Shown here piece after piece: positions 1 through 7,417 of a stretch of 64,000 nucleotides of DNA; positions within the stretch are counted from its first letter, which is position 1, and each line of letters begins with the position of its first letter. The stretch is from an uncultured Gammaproteobacteria bacterium (GTDB taxonomy: Bacteria; Patescibacteriota; Patescibacteriia; Patescibacteriales; WJLG01). The stretch spans positions 3,445-67,444 of the forward strand of contig CAZJPG010000005.1 in assembly GCA_964547855.1 (NCBI GenBank), in the 5' to 3' direction. Under the pieces are notes generated by a model. That model saw only the letters and a program-made list of their open reading frames with translations, ran no database searches and was not told where the DNA came from. A program made the position numbers and the translations under genes.

Positions 1-1
1 A

Positions 2-190
2 GTAGACAATGACATAGACACCATAAAACTCGTAACGACCGATGGCGTAAAAGTATATTTCAATACCGCCCAAAATTTAAATAACCAAATAGAAAAATTA
101 TTACTGCTCAAAAGAGAAAAATTAAAAGATGACTTTGGGTCAAAAAAATATATAGACCTAAGATTTGGCGATAAAATTTATTTTCAATAA
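2..190 (+). CDS. 3' fragment of an FtsQ/DivIB-like cell-division protein (start lies upstream of the window)
   Basis: Frame open from window edge to TAA 188-190. Tail ...DGVKVYFNTAQNLNNQIEKLLLLKREKLKDDFGSKKYIDLRFGDKIYFQ* resembles the conserved FtsQ C-terminus (iDLRf..k.y). Truncated, so absent from the ORF track. Confidence 0.4.
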   Translation, partial: VDNDIDTIKLVTTDGVKVYFNTAQNLNNQIEKLLLLKREKLKDDFGSKKYIDLRFGDKIYFQ

Positions 191-196
191 AAAAAT

Positions 197-355
197 ATGA
201 GCAACAAAGATGTCGAGAAAGTTTTTAAATTCATCTTCGGCTTAGCGGTTGTGGTTTTTTGTTTGGTCATAATCGGATTATTTCTGCTGCTGGTAAAATT
301 CTCTCTAAACTTCACTGACACTATACGCATTTTAGGTGTCACTATGACCAATTAA
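197..355 (+). CDS. small hypothetical membrane protein (52 aa)
   Basis: ATG 197 lies 7 nt after the upstream stop. MSNKDVEKVFKFIFGLAVVVFCLVIIGLFLLLVKFSLNF... has one clear TM helix. Below the ORF-track length cut-off. Confidence 0.3.
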   Translation: MSNKDVEKVFKFIFGLAVVVFCLVIIGLFLLLVKFSLNFTDTIRILGVTMTN

Positions 356-717
356 GCGGCTAGCGGTTAAAATTTTTTCTCTTTTGGGTATAAATACACC
401 CAAAACCAATTAAAACTCATCCTAGGGCATTTTAGAGGCTCTTATGCTAAAATTTAGCTTATTTTAGCCATTTTTTGTTAAAATTAGCCAAACAAGTAAA
501 AGCCAATAAAAGACAAAAACAATACCTGGATCAAAAACAGGAAAAAAGAGAAAATAATCGAGAAACATAAAGAATGAAAGATAGAAGCCAAGAATGCTGA
601 CACTAACGAAATAAAATAAAAAAATAAAAATCATAAAAACATACAGCAGGATCAAGGAAGGGAGAAAACACGAAAAAACAAAAAAGGCCCAAAAAGGCCT
701 ATTTTAATTGATACAGT

Positions 718-745
718 ACTTCGCTTAATCTACATTATGCGAAGT
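718..745. promoter_or_regulatory. dif-like Xer recombination site candidate (11-6-11)
   Basis: ACTTCGCTTAA-TCTACA-TTATGCGAAGT sits inside a perfect 15-bp inverted repeat (710-724 / 739-753). Arms resemble B. subtilis dif ACTTCCTAGAA-TATATA-TTATGTAAACT and E. coli dif GGTGCGCATAA-TGTATA-TTATGTTAAAT. Located about 450 bp from the xer gene. Confidence 0.4.
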
Positions 746-838
746 ACTGTATCACAAAGAAAGGGTGGCTAGTTTATCAATTAAACCTCCACCCTCTTTA
801 AATCTTTTAGAAAAAATTCATGGGTCATGGATCGTGAA

Positions 839-1072
839 TCAGCTGGTCGTGATATTATGACTCAAAACAAAAAAAACTCCACAACAAGTTACAACCCCCC
901 TGTCGAAGCATACAAGATCTTTAGGGGTCATTTTTGTTATTTCGCTTTTCTCTTGATGATTTTTTAATTTTTCAAAAGAAACCTTAATAATAAAAACAAC
1001 CATAGCTATAAGCGCGACAGCTAAAAGCAATAAGGGTATAGCCTCCATCGAACTTAAACCCCTATTATTCAT
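839..1072 (-). CDS. hypothetical small membrane protein (77 aa)
   Basis: ORF track. One TM helix (AIPLLLLAVALIAMVVFII). GAGGGTG SD-like motif upstream. Hairpin AGGGTGG...CCACCCT (763-798) downstream. Confidence 0.4.
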   Translation of the reverse strand: MNNRGLSSMEAIPLLLLAVALIAMVVFIIKVSFEKLKNHQEKSEITKMTPKDLVCFDRGVVTCCGVFFVLSHNITTS

Positions 1073-1162
1073 ATAACACCCTCTTTCTAAAAAATAGATG
1101 AAATTATAATGAGCTAAAAAAATATAACATCTTTAATATTTTCTGTCAATAATAATAAATTA

Positions 1163-1197
1163 TTTAAATACTTCGCATAATATTGTATAATGATCAC
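1163..1197 (+). promoter_or_regulatory. putative xer promoter with extended -10; probably a leaderless mRNA; overlaps a copy of the dif-like half-site
   Basis: TGTATAAT at 1184-1191. ATG 1198 is 7 nt after the -10, with no room for an SD. TACTTCGCATAAT (1169-1181) is the reverse complement of 734-746. Confidence 0.3.
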
Positions 1198-2157
1198 ATG
1201 ACCCAAAAACCAATAATAAAATATTTAACGGATTTTTTAGACCACGCCGAAATAGAAAAAGGACTCTCTCCTAAGACCCAGGAGAATTACTCGCGATTCC
1301 TTAATAAGTTTTTCAAATGGCTTGAAGAGAACAATCTTTCCAAGTTAACACCAGACAAGCTTACCACGGATCATATCTGGAAATACCGAGTATTCCTCTC
1401 TCGACACATCGACCCGCTTAAAAAGGCGCCGCTTAAAAAATCAACGCAAAACTACTATTTAATAGCTTTGCGAAGTCTTTTGGAATTCTTCGTCGAAAAG
1501 AATATAGAATGCCTGCCGCCAACGAAAATAAAACTTGCCAAAGACAAATCCGACCACGAGGTCAAATTTCTTACCCTGCCGCAACTAGAAAGACTCTTGT
1601 CGTCCCCAGACACGTCAGATGTCAAAGGATTGCGCGATAAAGCCATCTTGGAATCATTCTTCTCCACCGGACTTCGTATCAGTGAACTATCATCGCTTGA
1701 CCGTGAACAACTTAAGGTCAAAAAAGACACTAAGGAACTGGAAATAGCGGTCGTAGGAAAGGGATCGAAGGTTAGGACCGTCTACTTCAGCGAACGCGCC
1801 GTAGAAGCCCTAAGAAAGTACCTAGACAAGCGCACAGACATCGACAATGCCTTATTCATCAACTATAAACCAGGAATAGAAAAGACCTCCTCCCCTCGCC
1901 GCCTTACAAATCGCGCCATAGAAGATATTGTCAAAAAATACGTTAAAATATCCGGCTTACCGGTCATGGCCACTCCACACACCCTGCGCCACTCTTTTGC
2001 CACTGATCTACTATCCCATGGCGTAGACCTAAGGATCGTTCAGGAATTCTTGGGACACCGCAATATAGCCACGACACAGATATACACCCATGTTACCAAT
2101 AAACAATTACGTGACATACACAGACAAGCCCATGGCGGAAAAGAGCTAAAAGAGTGA
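1198..2157 (+). CDS. site-specific tyrosine recombinase, XerC/XerD family
   Basis: N-terminal SAM-like core-binding domain. C-terminal catalytic motifs ...GLRISELSSL..., HTLRHSFATDLLSHGVDLRIVQEFLGHRNIATTQIYTHV. Start moved from TTG 1183 to ATG 1198. Confidence 0.92.
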   Translation: MTQKPIIKYLTDFLDHAEIEKGLSPKTQENYSRFLNKFFKWLEENNLSKLTPDKLTTDHIWKYRVFLSRHIDPLKKAPLKKSTQNYYLIALRSLLEFFVEKNIECLPPTKIKLAKDKSDHEVKFLTLPQLERLLSSPDTSDVKGLRDKAILESFFSTGLRISELSSLDREQLKVKKDTKELEIAVVGKGSKVRTVYFSERAVEALRKYLDKRTDIDNALFINYKPGIEKTSSPRRLTNRAIEDIVKKYVKISGLPVMATPHTLRHSFATDLLSHGVDLRIVQEFLGHRNIATTQIYTHVTNKQLRDIHRQAHGGKELKE

Positions 2158-2212
2158 TAATTCTCCCCTTTTCACGATTTGACATTATAAAAAATCAATG
2201 TTACTATACAAT

Positions 2213-2247
2213 GACCTGCCGAAAAATCGGACAGGTCTTTGCTTTTT
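2213..2247 (+). terminator. rho-independent terminator after xer
   Basis: GACCTGCC-GAAAAATC-GGACAGGTC followed by TTTGCTTTTT. Confidence 0.5.
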
Positions 2248-2279
2248 AAAACCAAATCTTTCTTTTTAGGAGGCACTCT

Positions 2280-2804
2280 ATGGAAACAATTGGTAATGTT
2301 TCAGAGGGTACAGAAAACAAAGCACAGACAACCAGCTGGATAAAATCCGGCTGCGCCTGTGGATTTATTCTAAACGATAAAAAATTGAGAGAAATGTCGG
2401 CGAACATAAGCCGGGCTATGGTAATGAACCTATCACCAGAAATGCGCGCCATAATAATGGCAACCTCCATCATCCATCAAGACAATTTCCTTGATATCTG
2501 CCGCATGGTAATGGTCGCCAACGAATCCGGCAGGATCGACAACACAGAATGCTATGCAAAAGTACTTCGATTGATGCACGCCCAAATACAAGACAAAAAA
2601 ACCAGAACGAAAATAATACAAGCTCTGTCATTGCTTCCAAGCAACGTCATCATGGGCGTATATATCAGCGTATTCGAAGAAAAACATGATGCCACAAACA
2701 AGAAAAATTTTCTTGGCCGCAAAGAGGCCGATGATTTTCTCGAAGACTGTCTTCCCTTGATAACCGGCAAAAGTATTCCTCAAAAAGAATTGTGTACAGC
2801 TTAA
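2280..2804 (+). CDS. hypothetical protein (174 aa), orphan
   Basis: Strong SD (TAGGAGGCACTCT-ATG). No motif recognised. Several shadow ORFs in other frames indicate locally higher GC. Confidence 0.65.
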   Translation: METIGNVSEGTENKAQTTSWIKSGCACGFILNDKKLREMSANISRAMVMNLSPEMRAIIMATSIIHQDNFLDICRMVMVANESGRIDNTECYAKVLRLMHAQIQDKKTRTKIIQALSLLPSNVIMGVYISVFEEKHDATNKKNFLGRKEADDFLEDCLPLITGKSIPQKELCTA

Positions 2805-2830
2805 AGTGGCGCCATAAAATCGCTCCACAC

Positions 2831-2862
2831 AAAAACGACCCCGTTCAAAAGGGTCGTTTTTT
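2831..2862. terminator. bidirectional terminator between convergent genes
   Basis: AAACGACCC-GTTCAAAA-GGGTCGTTT, flanked by an A-run and a T-run. Confidence 0.6.
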
Positions 2863-2882
2863 AATATCTTCACTATAAAATA

Positions 2883-3290
2883 TCAGTTTCCAGGAGTAGT
2901 CTGTTCCGGTGATACTGTTCCGTTTTGTTGCTGGGCCGCAGACATCTCAAGTTGCTTTTGATAGGCCGCCTCCTGATCCTTTCTGAAGTTATACGCCCTT
3001 ATGGAGTCGTATATACTAAAGATGGAACAAAGTAAAAGTATCACCGAGAAAAAAGCGCCCCAACCTTTTTTGAATATTAAAAGGCCAAGCGACGCCAAAA
3101 TAGATGCCAAAACAGTGAATATGGCCAATTGATAAAGGAAATTAAGCATCCAAATAACAAATCCAGAGGCAGAGATCGAGATGCTAACTATAACGATTAT
3201 CAACGCGATGCCAATAACTATCAACTGCCAAAAAGCGAAATCCACATATTCAGAATCCCCGCTCGATGTTCTAGAGAATTTATTTTCCAT
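2883..3290 (-). CDS. hypothetical integral membrane protein (135 aa)
   Basis: Three to four hydrophobic helices; Q/E-rich C-terminal tail. Confidence 0.6.
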   Translation of the reverse strand: MENKFSRTSSGDSEYVDFAFWQLIVIGIALIIVIVSISISASGFVIWMLNFLYQLAIFTVLASILASLGLLIFKKGWGAFFSVILLLCSIFSIYDSIRAYNFRKDQEAAYQKQLEMSAAQQQNGTVSPEQTTPGN

Positions 3291-3322
3291 AATTTGATTT
3301 TTATTATTAATTTTAAAAATTT

Positions 3323-4555
3323 TTAAGGCAAATAATCTAGCGGATCGACCGGAACTCCATCTTTTCTAACTTCAAAGTGTAAATGAGGTCCAGTGGTCAA
3401 TGTTCCGGCACCGATAGTACCTGGCAATCCCCCTGATAAGGCTATAGTCTGTCCTTGTGTTACATACTCGTCCTCTGCCACAAACGACTTAGTCACATGG
3501 CCATAGACCGTTGATAGGCCATCACCATGGATCAACATTATGTAACCGTAAGCCTTGCCTTTAATATTGACCCTGGCCACATAGCCTGAATCAGCTGCGT
3601 AAATTGGAGACCCTTGAGGAGAACGGATATCAATAGCTGGATGCTCATAAACATAACGAAAAGGATAATCTGGGTCATGAAAATAAGTAGTGATATATCT
3701 CCCACTGACCGGCCAAACTAACCCACTAGCACTAAGTTTGATCTTGTTCTTGTCTAACGACGCCATCTTTTCACGAACCTGTTTTTCCATGTTCGCTATT
3801 TCAGCGGCGGCGGCATCTTGCTCACGTTTAGAGATGGCCAAGAGGTTTTGATACTCCTTCTCTGAATTCTTGGTCTCTTCCAATACGTAATTCTTCTTCA
3901 ATTTTTCATCTTCGAGGGCAGTTTTATTTCTTTCTAATTCGGCCTTCAAACTAACCAAGTCTTTGTTTTTAGCATCCAACTCCGCCTTGTCCAATTCTAA
4001 GTCTGATTTCAATTTTTTGAGTTCATCTAAACTATCCCCCATCTCGCGGTTGATATCTTCCAAATATTTAACCCTATTAAGAAAATCAGCCAGTGTATCA
4101 TTAAGCAAAAGTATTTCTAAGGTACTAGCATCACTCTCTCTGTATATCAGCTTGAGTATATTAGCGATATCTTTTTTCTCTTTATCTATCCTGTCTTCTT
4201 TATCGCCTATCTCGATGCTTGTTTTCTTAATCTCTAACGAGACCTCATTTATCTGTGCTTGAGTGTCCTCTATCTCTATGCCAGCCATCGCTATTTTATT
4301 GTCGATCAAAGAAAGCTCTTCCGACAATGTCTCGGCTTCCTCTCTGGCGTTTTGTATGGCTTGAGTGTATTGTTTCTTCTGTTTGTCCAATTTGTCTATC
4401 AATTCCCGATTACCGCTTATCTCTTGATTTAATTGCCTTATCTCGTCATTCAACCGATCATCAGAAGTCCCTAATACCGATCCTGGTGAGGACAGTAATA
4501 AACAAAAACAAGCGATTATTGGTAAAATAATCCTAATTTTAGGTATTTTCATCAT
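3323..4555 (-). CDS. secreted coiled-coil M23 (LytM/EnvC-like) peptidoglycan metallopeptidase
   Basis: Signal peptide MMKIPKIRIILPIIACFCLLLSS, a long heptad-rich region, and the C-terminal M23 signature HPAIDIR...GYIMLIHGDG...YGH...GPHLHFEVRKDGVPVDP. Start trimmed to the Met pair at 4555/4552. Confidence 0.85.
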   Translation of the reverse strand: MMKIPKIRIILPIIACFCLLLSSPGSVLGTSDDRLNDEIRQLNQEISGNRELIDKLDKQKKQYTQAIQNAREEAETLSEELSLIDNKIAMAGIEIEDTQAQINEVSLEIKKTSIEIGDKEDRIDKEKKDIANILKLIYRESDASTLEILLLNDTLADFLNRVKYLEDINREMGDSLDELKKLKSDLELDKAELDAKNKDLVSLKAELERNKTALEDEKLKKNYVLEETKNSEKEYQNLLAISKREQDAAAAEIANMEKQVREKMASLDKNKIKLSASGLVWPVSGRYITTYFHDPDYPFRYVYEHPAIDIRSPQGSPIYAADSGYVARVNIKGKAYGYIMLIHGDGLSTVYGHVTKSFVAEDEYVTQGQTIALSGGLPGTIGAGTLTTGPHLHFEVRKDGVPVDPLDYLP

Positions 4556-4613
4556 AATTAAATGATAGCACAAAAAAGGCTTATTGGCAAAAATAGCCAA
4601 AGTAAAGGCTTTC

Positions 4614-4642
4614 TTGACACTACTCTCCCCTTTTGTTATACT
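4614..4642 (+). promoter_or_regulatory. sigma70-type promoter for rpmA
   Basis: TTGACA (4614-4619), 17-nt spacer, TATACT (4637-4642) with an upstream TGT. Confidence 0.5.
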
Positions 4643-4653
4643 AAAAATGCGTC

Positions 4654-4688
4654 AATGAATCGACAAATATTGATTCATTTTATTTTTA
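4654..4688 (+). promoter_or_regulatory. terminator-like hairpin inside the rpmA leader (possible attenuator / r-protein leader)
   Basis: AATGAATC-N10-GATTCATT followed by TTATTTTT. It lies between the predicted TSS (about 4649) and ATG 4761. Confidence 0.4.
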
Positions 4689-4760
4689 CTTAAGATTTAG
4701 AGCCTATTTTGGACGGCGAAAACTCAGGTTTGCCGATCATTAAAGGCCAGTGTTCAGAAT

Positions 4761-5042
4761 ATGTCCACAAAGAAATCGGCTGGCGTATCACGCTTGGGCC
4801 GCGATAGTCAATCTAAACGCTTAGGCGTTAAAATAGCCGATGGCCAATTCGCTAAGGCTGGTAATATAATCATCCGCCAACGCGGAACTCGTTATTACCC
4901 AGGGACCAACGTCGGTATCGGCGTCGATCACACCATTTTCTCCTTGGTCAATGGCTTAGTTAAATTCACTGAAAAGAGAAAGAAAAGATTTAACGGCAAG
5001 TCAGTGAAAGTTAAAGTAGTCAACGTCATCGCTTCAAAATAA
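4761..5042 (+). CDS. rpmA: 50S ribosomal protein L27
   Basis: [60 protein letters not shown] is canonical L27. Confidence 0.95.
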   Translation: MSTKKSAGVSRLGRDSQSKRLGVKIADGQFAKAGNIIIRQRGTRYYPGTNVGIGVDHTIFSLVNGLVKFTEKRKKRFNGKSVKVKVVNVIASK

Positions 5043-5047
5043 AAAAT

Positions 5048-5080
5048 CCGCCTCCCTAATAAGGGGGCGGTTTTTTGTTT
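5048..5080. terminator. rho-independent terminator (rpmA)
   Basis: CCGCCTCCC-TAATAA-GGGGGCGG followed by TTTTTTGTTT. Confidence 0.7.
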
Positions 5081-5096
5081 CAAAAATGAACATTTT

Positions 5097-5576
5097 TTAA
5101 TTGGGCATCCTGCCATTGCCGACAATGACAAATCTCCAATTCGGCAACAAGGGCAAATCGATCCCGTTCTTGCGGCGATTGATGACGCTTTCATCCTTGG
5201 CTCGGCGATCGTCGAAAATAACCACTTTCCAACCGCTGCGTACAGCAAGAACCTTGCCTTCATGCTCCCAGAGGTTGAAGTATTCCGCAATTTCGTGCCA
5301 AAATAAACGGTCCATTATTTCCAGTAGCGACCTTTTTCTGGCTGCGTCCTGCATGACGAAGACATCGTCGCTATTCATTGCCTCGAGCTCATCGATCTCT
5401 TGGACCATCATACTTCTGGCAATGAACAAATTGCGTAAATGCTCGGGTAATTCTCCGACATAGTCTTCTCTGACCCCCTTAGTCTGTTCGACATCACCCG
5501 GCTCGATCGAAACCTCCTGATCGACCAAATCACATCTGTCCAGAATGTCTGCCAAAGATGGAAAAAGATCTTTCAT
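5097..5576 (-). CDS. hypothetical protein (159 aa), orphan
   Basis: Strong SD (AAGGAGGGGTGTGAC-ATG) and a TTGACA-17-TATAAG promoter upstream. No motif recognised. GC-richer, with shadow ORFs on both strands. Confidence 0.65.
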   Translation of the reverse strand: MKDLFPSLADILDRCDLVDQEVSIEPGDVEQTKGVREDYVGELPEHLRNLFIARSMMVQEIDELEAMNSDDVFVMQDAARKRSLLEIMDRLFWHEIAEYFNLWEHEGKVLAVRSGWKVVIFDDRRAKDESVINRRKNGIDLPLLPNWRFVIVGNGRMPN

Positions 5577-5707
5577 GTCACACCCCTCCTTTATGCGATA
5601 GATATTCTTTTTGGTAATTACATCTTATATCAAAAAAACTATTTTTTGTCAAATATAATAAAACAGGATCCTTAAAAAAGACCCCGTTCTATCATATTTT
5701 ATCTTGT

Positions 5708-7396
5708 CTATTTCTTTGACTTTTTACCCTTAGCTTTAAGACTTAAACAGACCTTAACGAATTCCACGAATAAAGGATGTGGCGAAAGCGGTCTTGATAT
5801 GTATTCTGGATGAAATTGCGTGCCAATGAAGAATGGGTGCTTAGTGATCTCTATTGCCTCGACTATGCGTCCATCCGGAGAAGTGCCGGCGATAGTAAGA
5901 CCTTTCTTTTCCATCTCCTCTCGATATTCATTGTTGAACTCATAGCGATGGCGATGACGTTCATAGACTATCTCTGGGGCCTTGCCGTCCTTGCCCATCT
6001 TGGCATAAGCCTTCTGCATATGAGTCCCTGGTTTTATCTCACAAGGCCATCCACCCAAGCGGATCGTTCCTCCAAATTGCTTCTTAGCTATTAACTCGGC
6101 CTGTTCCGGCATCACATGGATCACTGGATGCTTGGTCTTTGGATCGACTTCGGCGGAGTTGGCATCTTTATAACCAAGAACATCGCGAGCGAATTCTATG
6201 GCAGCCATCTGCATACCATAACAAAGCCCAAAATATGGTTTGTTATTACGGCGGCAATAGTCTATGGTTTCGATCTTGCCCTCACTGCCACGAGAACCCC
6301 ATCCTTGAGGGACGATTATTCCATCGAATTGCTTTAAAAATGAAGTTCCTTTCTTTTCTACATCCTCTGAAGAAAGCCAGTGTAAAGTAGCCTTACAACC
6401 ATTATAAGTTGCGGCATGTTTGATCGCCTCTATGACCGAAACATAAGAGTCCGTAAAACAGAATTGACCGCTCATAAAGTATTTTCCAACTATACCAATA
6501 TCGACTTCTTTCTTGGCAGCCCTTCTCTTGTCAGTCATAGCCTGCCAATCTTTTAGATCATCCTTCTTTTTCTTTAATCCGAATTTGGCCAACAAACGAT
6601 CGCCAAGATGATCCTTTTCAAAATTCAATGGCACATCATAAACCGACTCGATGTCCGGAGCGGAAATAACATCCTCCGGCATAATACCGCAATTCATGGC
6701 TATCTTAGATCGACGCGGTTCATCGACTGGGACATCGGCACGGGCCACTATGAAATCTGGTTGAATACCAGCGGCATTCAAGGAACGTATGGCATACTGC
6801 GTCGGTTTAGTCTTCATCTCCCCTATCTTATTAGGTATAGGCAGATAAGACACCATGACAAATTGAACATTCTTCGGATTGTACAATTTCATCATTCTGG
6901 CCGCCTCAAGGAAAAGAAGGTTTTGATACTCACCGACAGTTCCTCCGATCTCTATGACCATGATCTCGGCGCCACTCTTCTTAACGGCTCGATGGATACG
7001 GTCGATAACTTCCAATGGGATGTGTGGAACGACCTCGACGCAACGACCACCATACTCCAAATTTCGTTCTTTCTGAATGACCGACTGATAGACGCGTCCA
7101 GTGGTCATGTAATTCTCACGATAGATATTCTTATTGAGGAAACGTTCATAATTGCCGACATCTTGATCGGTCTCATCACCATCTTCGGTGACAAAAACCT
7201 CTCCATGCTCCACCGGATTCATAGTTCCAGCATCGACATTTATGTATGGATCGATCTTGATCGCACTGACATTGTACCCCTTACCCTGCAAAATCGTAGC
7301 GATCGATGAAGTTGTGATGCCTTTGCCGACGCCGGACATTACGCCGCCCACCACGAACACATACTTAGTTTTGTCCTTTTTGATTTCCTCAACCAT
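5708..7396 (-). CDS. pyrG: CTP synthase
   Basis: N-terminal synthetase domain (KYVFVVGGVMSGVGKGITTSS), C-terminal GATase (GLCYGMQ...HRHRYEFN...FHPE). Confidence 0.97.
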   Translation of the reverse strand: MVEEIKKDKTKYVFVVGGVMSGVGKGITTSSIATILQGKGYNVSAIKIDPYINVDAGTMNPVEHGEVFVTEDGDETDQDVGNYERFLNKNIYRENYMTTGRVYQSVIQKERNLEYGGRCVEVVPHIPLEVIDRIHRAVKKSGAEIMVIEIGGTVGEYQNLLFLEAARMMKLYNPKNVQFVMVSYLPIPNKIGEMKTKPTQYAIRSLNAAGIQPDFIVARADVPVDEPRRSKIAMNCGIMPEDVISAPDIESVYDVPLNFEKDHLGDRLLAKFGLKKKKDDLKDWQAMTDKRRAAKKEVDIGIVGKYFMSGQFCFTDSYVSVIEAIKHAATYNGCKATLHWLSSEDVEKKGTSFLKQFDGIIVPQGWGSRGSEGKIETIDYCRRNNKPYFGLCYGMQMAAIEFARDVLGYKDANSAEVDPKTKHPVIHVMPEQAELIAKKQFGGTIRLGGWPCEIKPGTHMQKAYAKMGKDGKAPEIVYERHRHRYEFNNEYREEMEKKGLTIAGTSPDGRIVEAIEITKHPFFIGTQFHPEYISRPLSPHPLFVEFVKVCLSLKAKGKKSKK

Positions 7397-7417
7397 ATAT
7401 GACTATTAATTATATAC

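Noticed and set aside
464-655. 63-aa minus-strand ORF (MILLYVFMIFIFLFYF...)
   Set aside because: It is the poly-F/L/I translation of the antisense of an A-rich tract. It is low-complexity with no SD, so it is a compositional artefact.
360-3300. Calling the xer-adjacent region a prophage or integrative element
   Set aside because: There are no phage, plasmid, transposase or conjugation genes, and no flanking direct repeats. Only the recombinase, a palindromic site and orphans are present. It is kept as a low-interest hypothesis rather than annotated as a mobile element.
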